Shown one piece after another: positions 13,428-27,934 of a stretch of 64,000 bases of DNA. The stretch is from Macrostomum lignano. Its lineage: Eukaryota. Within the stretch, counting starts at the first letter, position 1. Every line of letters starts with the position of its first letter. The stretch spans positions 124,001-188,000 of the forward strand of contig NIVC01000036.1 of assembly GCA_002269645.1 (NCBI GenBank), in the 5' to 3' direction. Position numbers and translations under genes: made by a program. Under the pieces are notes generated by a model that saw nothing but the letters and a program-made list of their open reading frames with translations, searched no databases and was not told the origin of the DNA.

Positions 13428-14240
13428 TCTACCTCTGCCCAGTCTCTTTGTCTACCTCTCTCCTCTCTCACCCACTCTATTTGGCTACCTCTCTCCTCTC
13501 TCATCCACTCTATTTGGCTACCTCTCTCCTCTCTCATCCACTCTATTTGTCTACCTCTCTCCTCTCTCATCCACTCTATTTGTCTACCTCTCTCCTCTCT
13601 CATCCACTCTATTTGTCTACCTCTCTCCTCTCTCATCCACTCTATTTGTCTACCTCTCTCCTCTCTCATCCACTCTATTTGTCTACCTCTCTCCTCTCTC
13701 ATCCACTCTATTTGTCTACCTCTCTCTTCTCTCATCCACTCTATTTGGCTACCTCTCTTCTCTCATCCACTCTATTTGTCTACCTCTCTCTTCTCTCATC
13801 CACTCTATTTGGCTACCTCTCTTCTCTCATCCACTCTATTTGTCTACCTCTCTCTTCTCTCATCCACTCTATTTGGCTACCTCTCTTCTCTCATCCACTC
13901 TATTTGTCTACCTCTCTCTTCTCTCATCCACTCTATTTGTCTACCTCTCTCTTCTCTCATCCACTCTATTTGTCTACCTCTCTTCTCTCATCCACTCTAT
14001 TTGGCTACCTCTCTTCTCTCATCCACTCTATTTGTCTACCTCTCTCTTCTCTCATCCACTCTATTTGTCTACCTCTCTCTTCTCTCATCCACTCTATTTG
14101 TCTACCTCTCTCTTCTCTCATCCACTCTATTTGTCTACCTCTCTCTTCTCTCATCCACTCTATTTGTCTACCTCTCTCTTCTCTCATCCACTCTATTTGG
14201 CTACCTCTCTTCTCTCATCCACTCTATTTTTCTACCTCTC
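13428..14240 (+). repeat. 33-bp pyrimidine-rich minisatellite
   Basis: Unit TCTCATCCACTCTATTTGTCTACCTCTCTCCTC. Confidence 0.95.
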
Positions 14241-14359
14241 ATCTTTCTCTTGAAAACTAAAGTAATATTAGTAGTGCAATTAATAATGTTAGTTCCGTTA
14301 TTTTCTGTCCCAATTTCCTTATACATAGTAGTTCAGTCAATGTGCATTTACACATTGAG

Positions 14360-14537
14360 ATAGGGTGAGATAAACACATTGAGATAGGGTGAGATAAACA
14401 CACAGGATAGGGTGAGATAAACTCACGGGATAGGGTGAGATAAACTCACGGATAGGGTGAGATAAACACACGGGATAGGGTGAGATAAACACACAGGATA
14501 GGGTGAGATAAACTCACGGGATAGGGTGAGATAAACA
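14360..14537 (+). repeat. ~24-bp tandem repeat (GATAGGGTGAGATAAACACACGG)
   Basis: About 7 direct copies. Confidence 0.9.
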
Positions 14538-15084
14538 AAATATTCTGCTATTTCGTACCTACCGCTACTAGTAGGCTTTTCAGAACATTCAAACCCTAAA
14601 TTAAACTTCTATGTAAAATTAGCAATTTCTTAGATGAGTGTTTAGTCTTTTGCTGAGCCATATAATATTATAAATCTGCGCAGATCTTAACCATCGGCAG
14701 TGGCACAGGAAGATTAATTTTGCAATGCACGCAGGTAATTAACAGGTGAAAATTTCAGTATATCGACAGATTTTAACAAAGCAGCCTTGTTTATGACTTG
14801 TTTTTTATGTGTTAAAAGTACACCCATAGGCGGCCCAGCTGCTGCTAAACAACATCTAATTACAAAATGATGTTTTTTTGATTCGTTGAACTACCGGGGT
14901 CAGAGTCTGCCGCACAGCTTTTAACATCGATTGGAGGGCTTCACTTCTATGTGTTTTCCCTAACTCGAATCCTTACTGCCTGCTGCAGCTCCTGTGCTAT
15001 ACTCTCGTATCTGATGCTAATGGAATGAAGCGGAACAATCTATGCGTAAATTCAGTACACGTGTGTGTGTGTGTTCTATCTATC

Positions 15085-16031
<947 letters not shown>

Positions 16032-16469
16032 TATACTTTTACTGCAGAGCGATCCCAAAGTGCATAGGGTCGGACCCTGGGACCAGGGCAGGGGGAGAAA
16101 TAAAGAAGCCTAAATGTTGTGCATGCGCGAGTATAAATAGAATTTCCCCATAGCAACTCCAGGGATCCGGGCATTGCAAGAGGAAAACGTAGACGAAAAA
16201 GTGCTTTGCACAGTGGCGCTTTCTTTAAAGAAATCCGCTGCCGGAATCCCATGGTACCCCCAAAGGGCGACAGGAAGGGTGTGGGAATGCAGGCAGGAGC
16301 CAGCGGCAGCGGCCTTGAAGAAAGAACTGACCAATGACTAGTGAATTGTCCTCCTTGATATGCTCACTGGCTAGTCACGTGAATTACCTTTGCCGATATT
16401 TGAAACTGATTGAAACTGTTTTGTTCATATTGGATATGATAAATTATGCCTGTAGTCTCGAATGAATGG

Positions 16470-16685
16470 GTGGGTGAATTTGTTAATGACTTGATAAGTG
16501 CATGAATGAGTGAGTGAGTAAGTGAGTGAGTGAGTGAATAAATAAGTGATTTAGTGAATGAGTGAATGAGTGAGTGAATGAGGGATTGAGTTAATGAATA
16601 AATGAGTGAGCGAGTGAGTGAATTAGTGAGTGAGTTGATAAGTTCATGAGTGATTGAGTTAGTGAGTGATTGAATCAGCGAGTCA
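16470..16685 (+). repeat. Degenerate (GAGT)n microsatellite
   Basis: Imperfect GAGT/GAAT runs. Confidence 0.8.
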
Positions 16686-17046
16686 CATGTGACAGGCACA
16701 AAGTGAGTTCAACTGTGTGATTAAGTTTATACATAGGGATTAACGTGAAATGATGAGAGAGATTCAGGCCAGACCTTTTGAATGTCAGACGTAGAAAAAC
16801 CAGACAGACTAAAAACAGCAATTTCGCAGTAGAATATGACATTTTCTCAACCGGCTACGATTAAGCCCCATAATAATGACTTACTGAATTTTATCACAAA
16901 TTTTCTATTCGTGGGAGCACAGAGAAAAACATTAGTAAGTCTCGGGCAATGTTATTTCAACTTCTCGATAGACTAAAACTGACATGTTGTTTGTATGTTT
17001 GTTTGTTATTTAGTATAAAAATCTTGAAAAGAGAAAATTTGGAAAT

Positions 17047-17497
17047 CCTTTCCGCTCTCGCCTCTCTCCTTTCCGCTCTCGCCTCTCTCCATTCCGCTCT
17101 CCCCTCTCTCCTTTCCGCTCTCCCCTCTCTCCATTCCGCTCTCGCCTCTCTCCTTTCCGCTCTCCCCTCTCTCCTTTCCGCTCTCCTCTCTCTCCTTTCC
17201 GCTCTCCTCTCTCTCCTTTCCGCTCTCCCCTCTCTCCTTTCCGCTCTTCCCTCTCTCCTTTCCGCTCTCCCCTCTCTCCTTTCCGCTCTCCTCTCTCCAT
17301 TCCGCTCTCCCCTCTCTCCATTCCGCTCTCGCCTCTCTCCTTTCCGCTCTCCCCTCTCTCCTTTCCGCTCTCCCCTCTCTCCATTCCACTCTCCCCTCTC
17401 TCCTTTCCGCTCTCCTCTCTCTTTTCCGCTCTCCTCTCTCTTTTCCGCTCTCCTCTCTCTTTTCCGCTCTCCCTACTCTTCCTACTCTCCCTTCTAC
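17047..17497 (+). repeat. CT-rich ~21-bp minisatellite
   Basis: CTTTCCGCTCTCCCCTCTCTC units. Confidence 0.92.
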
Positions 17498-18083
17498 TCT
17501 CGAAAAGTTCTTTTGCACTTACAACCTGCAATGTATTCTATAAGCCAAGTGACTGGGTTTCTTTACTGCTTGGCCCCAGTCAACAAAGCATAGCAGAAAG
17601 CAATGGAAAATGCTTATTGTGTAATTTCTGTGTCTGAGAGATTTCTCTACGCTCTTCAAATTTGCTAGCAGGCAAACAATGTTTAACTGCGCGTTTCCCA
17701 CTTTTTTTCCTTTTTCTTCGCTTCGTTGCTTCTTTGGCTTCTGAGCGGCCCATACGTAATAGTAAATTTGTGCTACTTTAATACTGACTATATTATTTGG
17801 CTTGCCAGGAGCGGTGCTTGTCTATCTGGTGCGAGCGAATTAAACGCTATTAGTAGCCGATGTACAAAGTGCAGAGTACAGAGAGTCACGTGTTTGCCCA
17901 TGCGCTCTGTCGTATGCTGGGTAGTGTCCGTTGGAGATGCGCTATGAAGCTGCCCTATATTTTATATTTCAGCCGCGATCCCCCAAGCAAGTTTGAGTTT
18001 GGCGTTGAATACTCGCGCTTGACTAATGCCTGACTCCTTTTCAGTCTAGTGCTTCTAACAACCTGCCCTGTCTTCTTCAAACT

Positions 18084-19040
18084 GTCTCTTCTTCTTCTCC
18101 CTCCTCTCCCTCTCCTTCTTCTCCCTCTCCCTCTCCTTCTTCCTCTTCTCCCTCTCCTTCTTCTCCCTCTCCCTCTCCTTCTTCTCCCTCCTCTCCCTCT
18201 CCTTCTTCTCCCTCTCCCTCTCCTTCTTCTCCCTCCTCTCCCTCTCCTTCTTCTCCCTCCTCTCCCTCTCCTTCTTCTCCCTCTCCCTCTCCTTCTTCTC
18301 CCTCTCCCTCTCCTTCTTCTCCCTCTCCCTCTCCTTCTTCTCCCTCCTCTCCCTCTCCTTCTTCTCCCTCTCCCTCTCCTTCTTCTCCCTCCTCTCCCTC
18401 TCCTTCTTCTCCCTCTCCCTCTCCTTCTTCTCCCTCCTCTCCCTCTCCTTCTTCTCCCTCTCCCTCTCCTTCTTCTCCCTCTCCCTCTCCTTCTTCTCCC
18501 TCCTCTCCCTCTCCTTCTTCTCCCTCTCCCTCTCCTTCTTCTCCCTCTCCCTCTCCTTCTTCTCCCTCCTCTCCCTCTCCTTCTTCTCCCTCTCCCTCTC
18601 CTTCTTCTCCCTCTCCCTCTCCTTCTTCTCCCTCCTCTCCCTCTCCTTCTTCTCCCTCTCCCTCTCCTTCTTCTCCCTCCTCTCCCTCTCCTTCTTCTCC
18701 CTCCTCTCCCTCTCCTTCTTCTCCCTCCTCTCCCTCTCCTTCTTCTCCCTCCTCTCCCTCTCCTTCTTCTCCCTCTCCCTCTCCCTCTCCTTCTCCCTCT
18801 TCTCCCTCCTCTCCCTCTCCCTCTTCTCCCTCTCCCTCTCCTTCTTCCTCTTCTCCCTCTCCCTCTCCTTCTCCCTCTTCTCCCTCCTCTCCCTCTCCCT
18901 CTTCTCCCTCTCCCTCTCCTTCTTCCTCTTCTCCCTCCTCTCCCTCTCCCTCTTCTCCCTCTCCCTCTCCTTCTCCCTCTTCTCCCTCCTCTCCCTCTCC
19001 CTCTTCTCCCTCTCCCTCTCCTTCTCCCTCTTCTCCCTCC
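18084..19040 (+). repeat. Pure C/T low-complexity tandem repeat
   Basis: Almost no A or G over ~950 bp. Confidence 0.97.
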
Positions 19041-19511
19041 TAGCCGGAGAGCCTCACAGGCCTCCTTAAGTTGTTTTTGTATATTTGCACTTTTCTGAAC
19101 TAGCATTTTTGAATTGGTTCTCAACATACATTCTAGATTGACGCTCAGTTGAGCATTTTATTGAGGACTTAATGTTGACTGACTCAACCTCAGCTGCAAT
19201 GCAAATATTTGGCTAATCGCGTATGCATATTGAATCAAGCAGCCTTATAGTTATAGTCAGTAGTTATTTGGTAACTGAATTAATTTTCCAACCAGTTCAG
19301 TCAGGGCCCAAATTTATGACCTTGGAACCAATTTATGGATAGCTAGTTAAGTTTAAAATCTTGGCTATCTACGTATATATTAGTCATGCATCTGTTTTTT
19401 TTTTTTTTTATTTCCGCATTTTGCAATTCTTTTTATTTTATTACTGTACATCGTAAAAGAAAATGTGCTAGATTATGTGCTAGATGTGCTAGATCATTTG
19501 GGGCTTGTGTA

Positions 19512-20565
19512 ATACCCCCCGTGAGCCTTGACATCTCAGTAATACCCTCCGTGAGCCTTGACATCTCAGTAATACCCTCCGTGAGCCTTGACATCTCAGT
19601 AATACCCTCCGTGAGCCTTGACATCTCAGTAATACCCTCCGTGAGCCTTGACATCTCAGTAATACCCTCCGTGAGTCTTGACATCTCAGAAATTCCCCCG
19701 GTGAGCCTTGACATCTCAGAAATTCCCCCGGTGAGCCTTGACATCTCAGTAATACCCTCCGTGAGCCTTGATACCTCAGAAATTCCCCCGGTGAGCCTTG
19801 ATACCTCAGAAATTCCCCCGGTGAGCTTTGACATCTCAGGAATTCCCCCGGTGAGCCCTGACATCTCAGAAATTCCCCCGGTGAGCCTTGACATCTCAGA
19901 AATTCCCCCGGTGAGCCTTGACATCTCAGAAATTCCCCCGGTGAGCCTTGACATCTCAGAAATTCCCCCGGTGAGCCTTGACATCTCAGTAATTCCTCCG
20001 GTGAGCCTTGACATCTCAGATATTCCCCCGGTGAGCCTTGACATCTCAGAAATTCCCCCGCTGAGCCTTGACATCTCAGTAATTCCCCCGGTGAGCCTTG
20101 ACATCTCAGTAATACCCTCCGTGAACATTGACATCTCAGTAATACCCTCCGTGAACATTGACATCTCAGTAATACCCTCCGTGAACATTGACATCTCAGT
20201 AATACCCTCCGTGAACATTGACATCTCAGTAATACCCTCCATGAACATTGACATCTCAGTAATACCCTCCGTGAGCCTTGACATCTCAGTAATACCCTCC
20301 GTGAACATTGACATCTCAGTAATACCCTCCGTGAACATTGACATCTCAGTAATACCCTCCGTGAACATTGACATCTCAGTAATACCCTCCGTGAGCCTTG
20401 ACATCTCAGTAATACCCTCCGTGAACATTGACATCTCAGTAATACCCTCCGTGAACATTGACATCTCAGTAATACCCTCCGTGAACATTGACATCTCAGT
20501 AATACCCTCCGTGAACATTGACATCTCAGTAATACCCTCCGTGAGCCTTGACATCTCAGTAATAA
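19512..20565 (+). repeat. 30-bp minisatellite (GTGAGCCTTGACATCTCAGTAATACCCTCC), ~35 copies
   Basis: Direct copies with clustered variants; ends ~105 bp before the acceptor at 20672. Confidence 0.97.
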
Positions 20566-20671
20566 GCCATGGTGCCCGCAGCCCTCCTGCGAATATTATA
20601 CTCATTTTCCTGCTGTTTATACTTCTATTTAATAAGGCACATTTAGCTGTGGCTTTTTCCCTCCCTGACAG

Positions 20672-23600
20672 TCGACCAACGCGCCCGGAGCTGAAGGCGG
20701 CCAGTCTCAGGTGCCCGATCGGCCACGGCGCAACTCGGACCAAGGCCGAGTCCGCATCGTTGCCCCGGCAACCGCCGGCGCGGCTTCGTCGAGCGGCTCC
20801 TCGGCTTCGAATCGACGCTCGACAGTGAAGCAGTTTTTCGACAATTTCCGGCCGCGAGCCAAGTCCGAGTGCGCCCAGTCCATCGCTAGGCCGGCCGGCG
20901 GGAAGAACAGGAAAGCCAGCGGGGAAGAGAACGACTCGTCCTCGACTGCGGCAAACGGCGACAAACTCGACAGCAGCGTCGACGGCAATCTGGCAACAAT
21001 TCGTCAGGGTGAAGAGTTTGTTGGCGCAGCTGTTCAAAGCTCGAAGAAGCGGTCGCGCAGTCCGCTGGGCCTCGTGAACCGGCTGAAGAGCTTGGCTGTG
21101 TCGTCCAACTCGACCGGACCGTCGGAGGCTGGCGGCTCGTCCTCTGCCGCCGCCGCCGCCGGAGATCAAAGCCGCTACCGGAGGCGATCCGGAACTGCCA
21201 GCATTGCCGGGTCCCAGCCGGGCCAGCTGCACAGCCTGCCGCATCCCAGCGAGATGCCGCTCGACTGCGCCTATCACGACGACGTCTGCGTTGACAAGCG
21301 GAACCGGATTCGAAAGGTGGGTCAACTTTTTTGGATTTTCTGGCCTTGAAATGTTTGGATTTTCCAGATTATGGAAATCCTTGTAGGATTCGCTGTTTGG
21401 ATTTCCCAGATTAGGGAAATCCTTGTAGGATTCCCTGTTTGGATTTCCCAGATTAGGGAAATCCTTGTAGGATTCCCTGTTTGGATTTCCCAGATTAGGG
21501 AAATCCTTGTAGGATTCCCTGTTTGGATTTCCCAGATTAGAGAAATTCTTGTAGGATTCCCTGTTTGGATTTCCCAGATTAGGGAAATCCTTGTAGGATT
21601 CCCTGTTTGGATTTCCCAGATTAGGGAAATCCTTGTAGGATTCCCTGTTTGGATTTTCCAGATTAGGTAAATCCCTGGGAATTCCTGGTTTGGATTTCCC
21701 TTATCTGGGAAATTCCTAGGTATTCCCTGTTGGATTTCCCGGTCTTAGGGTTTCTCAGATAAGGAAATCACTAGGGAGGTTCTCCGTTTGTTTTTTTTTT
21801 GTTGTGGGCGTTTTCCACAGTTGCGAAATCTTTCGTATTTATCCAGTTGGAAATTCCCCGGGGTTTTCCAAGTTGGAATTTTCCTGGGATTTTTACATTT
21901 TGGAATTTCTATAATTTTCTAAATAACTTGAATGCTCTAGTTTTCACAGTTTAAATTCCTGGGACTTCTTACCTCCCTGGGATTCTTCCACTTTGGAACA
22001 CCCAGGGTTTCGTTTCTGGGGATTCGTAAGTTTTCTTGTTTTTTACATGCAAATTCTGCATTAAGTACTCACCCTGGTGGGTCTCATCACTAGAATCCCC
22101 CTGATGGGGTTTCCTCATTTAGGGATTCCCCTGATGGGCTTCCCTCGTTTAGGGATTCCCCTGATGGGCTTCCCTCGTTTAGGGATTCCCCTGATGGGCT
22201 TCCCTCGTTTAGGGATTCCCCTGATGGGCTTCCCTCGTTTAGAGATTCCCCTGATGGGCTTCCCTCGTTTAGGGATTCCCTGATGGGCTTCCCTCGTTTA
22301 GGGATTCCCCTGATGGGCTTCCCTCGTTTAGGGATTCCCCTGATGGGCTTCCCTCGTTTAGAGATTCCCCTGATGGGCTTCCCTCGTTTAGGGATTCCCC
22401 TGATGGGCTTCCCTCGTTTAGGGATTCCCCTGATGGGCTTCCCTCGTTTAGGGATTCCCCTGATGGGCTTCCCTCGTTTAGAGATTCCCCTGATGGGCTT
22501 CCCTCGTTTAGGGATTTTCTTAATGGGTTTCCTCGTTTATGGAATCCCATGACGGGGTTTCCTAGCTAAGGAATTTCCCTGATCTATCATAAAAACACAG
22601 TGTCTTTTCACTATTTAATCGGAAAAAATATTATAACTACTCGGAAAAATTGCATAACGCTTATGACAATATAATCTTGTTTATTTGCTTCTATTACTAA
22701 CTAAACATAAAGTACACATCATTCCGATTGGTATTTTAGGCTATTTCAGTGGATGAGTCTTACAGCAACCCGGTAAGATCCCACAGTAGCTTAATTGCTC
22801 ATTAATGAGCAAATGTCTCGTGCACTCAACCATTTCTAGTGCCCATTGTGTAGTCTGTGCCGTGATTTTCTTAATAAACTCTACATTTTTATCGCAAACG
22901 TTTATGGTTGCTAATTATTTTCTATAAATTTAGCATCATTCTCCCCAGTAGCTTAGGTGTGGAACAGTCTATGGCCAAAGTCCCTCCCTCAGTGTAGCCT
23001 AGGTGTCACAATAGTCTATGGCCAAAGTCCCTCCCTCAGTGTAGCCTAGGTGTCACAATAGTCTATGGCCAAAGTCCCTCCCTCAGTGTAGCCTAGGTGT
23101 CACAATAGTCTATGGCCAAAGTCCCTCCCTCAGTGTAGCCTAGGTGTCACAATAGTCTATGGCCAAAGTCCCTCCCTCAGTGTAGCCTAGGTGTCACAAT
23201 AGTCTATAGCCAAAGTCCCTCCCTCAGTGTAGCTTAGGTGTCACAATAGTCTATAGCCAAAGTCCCTCCCTCAGTGTAGCTGTAGCCTAGGTGTCACAAT
23301 AGTCTATGGCCCAACTCGCTCTTTAGTGCAGCCTAGGCGTCAGAATAGTCTATGGCCCAACTCCCTCCTTTCCGTCTAAAATGTGAGAATAGTCTATGGC
23401 CCACCTGCGTTTAAAGTCAATTTCTTTATCCGTGATTATGCTTGCGATTATTGCTTTTACTAAACGCGATTATAAACCTATTATAAAGCTTGTTTCTTTC
23501 GATAATAATCATTATAATATCTTAGATATATTGGCACTTAATATGAAAGGTTTGATTTACTTTGCACTTTACTATCAGTAGACTGTGAATATTGCGCGCG

Positions 23601-26600
23601 TTTTTTCTGATAATTTTTCCTCCAATAAGTGCATTAGATAAAAGTGATAACTTGTGAGATTTATTGGTTCTAGATATAACATACTTAAGTATATAATTCA
23701 CTGTAAATTTTTGTTCCCACAGAACTCATACCCACCACAGGCCGGCAATATTCAAGACAGACATCGCGATCTGTTTGAAAATCTGAGCCACTCTGCCGAT
23801 GTTGAGGGTGAGTTATGTGGATTGTTGCAGCTTCAAACTGCAAGGCATTGTAACAAAGTTTAGTCTCAGTTGAACTTAATTTCTTCAATTTTTGGTTCAG
23901 TTAACTGAATGTTATTAAATTCAATTCAATTGGTTTAGGTGTCGAATAGTCTATGGCCCAAGTCCCTCCCTCAGTGTAGCTTAGGCGTCACAATAGTCTA
24001 TGGTCCAACTCCCTCTCCAGTGCAGCCTAGGTGTCACAATAGTCTATGGTCCAACTCCCTCTCCAGTGCAGCCTAGGTGTCACAATAGTCTATGGTCCAA
24101 CTCCCTCTCCAGTGCAGCCTAGGTGTCACAATAGTCTATGGTCCAACTCCCTCTCCATTGCAGCCTAGTTTTCACAAAAGTCTATGGTCCAACTCCCTCT
24201 CCATTGCAGCCTAGGTGTCACAATAGTCTATGGTCCAACTCCCTCTCCAGTGCAGCCTAGGCGTCGGAATAGTCTATGGTCCAACTCCCTCTCCAGTGCA
24301 GCCTAGTCGTCGCAATAGTCTATTAGATTGAATTAAATTAGTTTGATTTGATTGATTGATTTGTTTTAATCAACTTACAATTAAATTCAAGTTAATTCAA
24401 TTCATTTTGAATTCGTTAGTTAAAAACAGACGAAGCCTCAGAAAGTTATGTTAGCTCTGTACGAGCGTAAATTTGTTTCACTAGTTTAATGATTAGTTTG
24501 AATTTTGTGTAGATTTTCTTTGTTTTACTTTGTTAATTTTATATTTGATTCAGTCTTAATAGCTAGTAATGACCACAGATACTCTAGTATATGTGGATTT
24601 TACCTAGTAATTAAGAATTTCCATCTCAAACGGTCCCACAGGCCAGTGCAGCATTTTGTCCCCAGCTGCCGTAGCAGAGTCCCAGGCTCGTTCCCGGCGC
24701 CTCTCCGGCCCCAACCTGCCAATGCCGGCTCGTTTAGCTGCGCCAAGCGCTGTTGGCGCCGTTGCTGGCTCCAATTCTGGCGCCCCAGATCTGGGCTGCT
24801 GCGGGCGTCGGCGCACCTTGTCTGGCGCCGCCACCTTGAGCACTAAGGACGTGCAGGTGACCGAGAATGACAAGTACATCATCTTCAAGTCCAAATGCCA
24901 GAAATCGGACTGCTTCAGTGCCAACCTGGAGGAGATTCAACTGGAGCTGGCGCTGGGCCAGCCAAGCCAAGTGTTTGAGCTGTTCACCCGCCATCACACT
25001 TGCTACGATTTGATTCCAACTAGCAGCAAGCTGCTGGTGTTTGACACCAACCTCAACGTGAGGAAGGCATTCTTTGCTTTGGTCTACAACGGCCTGAGAG
25101 CTGCGCCGCTGTGGGACTCGGACAGGCAGAAATTTGTTGGCATACTCACTGTGACTGATTTCATCTACATTCTGCACAAGTACTACAGGTGAGAAATTGA
25201 GACAGTCGGGGCCGCCGGACACACTGTGTAAGTGCGTACCGTTTGTGTGTGTGAGCGCCTAACGGTTCAGCCCGCAGCAAGGGGAAAGGCAAGTTTAAAG
25301 CCCCGCCACCCCAACCCCTAACCGCGCAGACAACCCCCAGCCAATCGCCGCCGCGCAAGGAGAGAAAATAATGCGCATTGGCCAGCCAGGGTTTGGGGAG
25401 GTGTAGACAGACAGACAGGGGTAGAGAGAAAAGCTCCCAGCCAGCCAACCAGCGAGCAGTAAGTAATTATAGCAAGTAGCAAGGGTCAAAGATGACAAAG
25501 TACTAACACAACACAACCAGTAATTAACGCTACATATCGGATATACAAAGGTGCAATATCTTGTTGTCCAGTGTGTTTTTCTATTTTTCAGTTACCCTAA
25601 TGGTTTGGGGGCCGTTGCCTAATGGTCTACCGCAGCGCTCTCATATTCCACCGGCCTATGCTCGATTCCAAGTGCAGTCACACTAATTGGGGGGGGGGGT
25701 AACTTGGAATCTGGGCTTAAATCTGCAATCAACGACCTTGAGGGCCAACCCCCTATCAAGACACAGTGAAGTGTACATGCTCAACGATAGATAAAGTTAG
25801 GTCCGCTTTACACTCCTGTGCGAGTGTGTGCATGCTCAGGGGAGTCGGCGGAATGGGCAGTAATGCCTCTAATCCAAATCCGCAGCCAGATGTCGTTAAT
25901 AAGCCCCACACGCCTCTCGCCCTGGCCAGGTCCGCCCTCGTCCCCATGGAGGTGCTGGAGACGCATCGCATCAGCACCTGGCAAGCCGAATTAAGCAGTC
26001 AGCTCAAACCTTTGACTTGGATCTCGCCTGAGGCTTCACTCTACGACGCTATTCGAGTCCTGCTTCACTCGCGAGTCCACCGCCTGCCGGTTATCGATCC
26101 GCTAACTGGCAACGCGCTGTACATTGTCACTCACAAGCGGGTGCTGAAATTCATCTGCCTGTACGCCCACCAGCTGCCCATGCCCGGCTGGCTGGACCAA
26201 CCGATTATCCAGCTGGGCATCGGCACCCATTCTAATATTGTTACGGTCAGCGGGACCACTTCGTTAGTGAAAGTCCTGTCGCTGTTTGTGCAGAACAGGG
26301 TCAGCGCTCTGCCTGTGCTGAGCTCGGATGGCCGCCTCACCGATATCTACTCCAAGTTCGACGTGATTGTGAGCTTTCTAGCTGGCTGCTGAGTCTTGCA
26401 TGAACATCTGTCTCTCTCTCCTCTCCATCTCCTCTCCCTCTCCCTCTCCCTCTCCTCTCCCTCTCCTCTCCATCTCCTCTCCCTCTCCCTCTCCCTCTCC
26501 TCTCCCTCTCCTCTCTCCCTCTCCCTCTCCTCTCCATTGCCCTCACCGCTCATCTCCATCTCCCTCTCCCTCTCCATCTCCCTCTCCTCCCCCTCTCCCT

Positions 26601-27258
26601 CTCCCTCTCCCTCTCCTCTCCATTGCCCTCACCGCTCATCTCCATCTCCCTCTCCCTCTCCATTTCCCTCTCCATCTCCCTCTCCCTCTCCCTATCCATC
26701 TCTTCTTTCTCCCTTCTCTTCATCTCCATCTCCCTGTCCATGTACCTTTCTTCTTCATCTCTGGCTCTGTCTTCCTTTCTAGTATTTTTCCTCCAACAGT
26801 CTCTGGTCTCTTCTCTCCCCTCTCTCCCGCCTCCCTCACCTCGTCCATGACCTAGACCGCCTCTTCTCCAAGGTATTCCGCTTCATTTCTATTGTGTGGC
26901 TCAGCCTAATAGAGGTGGTTTAAATCTTAATCATTAAATAAATTTAACTTTGCAGAACCTGGCCGCTACGAAAACGTACAACAACTTGGACATCTCCGTA
27001 GCCGAGGCTCTCCAATACAGACGCGAGCGCTTCGAAGGTGTCAGCAAGTGCAGCTCGGATGCCACGCTGAAAGCTGTGATTGACCAGCTGGTCCAAGACG
27101 AAGTGCACCGGCTGGTTATAGTGGACCAAGACAATCGAGTCACCGGAATGGTGTCCCTGTCGGACGTGCTCAACGCTCTGGTGCGAGACTACGAGCGACT
27201 GGCTGACCACTGCAGCCAACCGGGCGTTGCTAGGGAAACTCTTGAGACCGGTCTGTAA
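20672..27258 (+). CDS. PRKAG: 5'-AMP-activated protein kinase gamma subunit, shared exons 20672-21316, 22740-22772, 23723-23807, 24642-25188, 25930-26368, 26956-27258
   Basis: Four CBS domains with canonical motifs ([55 protein letters not shown]) and an N-terminal FRPRAKS. All introns are GT-AG with consistent phases 0/0/1/2/0; the six exons total 2052 nt = 683 aa + stop. Confidence 0.93.
21352..21670 (+). repeat. 42-bp intronic minisatellite
   Basis: About 7 copies of GGAAATCCTTGTAGGATTCCCTGTTTGGATTTCCCAGATTAG. Confidence 0.93.
22095..22560 (+). repeat. 30-bp intronic minisatellite
   Basis: About 15 copies of GGGATTCCCCTGATGGGCTTCCCTCGTTTA. Confidence 0.95.
22950..24325 (+). repeat. Two related 46-47-bp arrays (22950-23400 and 23935-24325) flanking exon 23723-23807
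   Basis: Shared core GCCTAGGTGTCACAATAGTCTATGG. Confidence 0.92.
26405..26830 (+). repeat. CT-rich low-complexity repeat in last AMPK gamma intron
   Basis: CTCCCT/CTCCAT runs. Confidence 0.9.
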
Positions 27259-27306
27259 ACTGCCGGATGACGTCACAACTGCTTGATTGAATCTGTTTCT
27301 TCGCAC

Positions 27307-27934
27307 TGCGCGATTTTTAATTAACCGTCAGGTTTTTTTACGATTGGGTTTTCTCGGGGCCAAGCCAGGGCTTTTTATTATGGGTAGCGCGCCTTGGGGC
27401 GCCATCTTGGGGGCGCCGTCTTGATGGCGCCGTCTTGGGGGTGCCGTCTTGATGGCGCCGTCTTGGGGGCGCCGTCTTGGGAGCGCCGTCTTGCGGATAC
27501 CGTCTTGAAGGCGCCGTCTTGGGGGCGCCGTCTTTGGGGCGCCGTCTTGGGGGCGCCATCTTTTCGGCGCCATCGTAAGGGACGTCATCTTGGGGGTGGA
27601 GGGGGGGGAGGCACCAGCGCCAAGGGGCGCCAGCACCAAGGGGCGCCAGCACCAAGGGGCGCCAGCACCAAGGGGCGCCAGCACCAAGGGGCGCCAGCAC
27701 CAAGGGGCGCCAGCACCAAGGGGCGCCAGCACCAAGGGGCGCCAGCACCAAGGGGCGCCAGCACCGAGGGGCGCCAGCACCAAGGGGCGCCAGCACCAAG
27801 GGGCGCCAGCACCAAGGGGCGCCAGCACCAAGGGGCGCCAGCACCAAGGGGCGCCAGCACCAAGGGGCGCCAGCACCAAGGGGCGCCAGCACCAAGGGGC
27901 ACCAGCACCAAGGGGCGCCAGCACTAATCGCGCA
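27307..27934. repeat. GC-rich GGCGCC-containing arrays in two loosely inverted arms, bounded by 9-bp inverted repeats
   Basis: Left arm of GGCGCCGTCTTG units, right arm of CAAGGGGCGCCAGCAC units; TGCGCGATT / AATCGCGCA at the ends. Confidence 0.7.

Noticed and set aside
17955-19127. 390-aa RG-rich protein
   Set aside because: Reverse translation of a pure C/T repeat.
19386-21325. 480-aa and 630-aa repeat ORFs
   Set aside because: 30-bp satellite plus the antisense of a real AMPK gamma exon.
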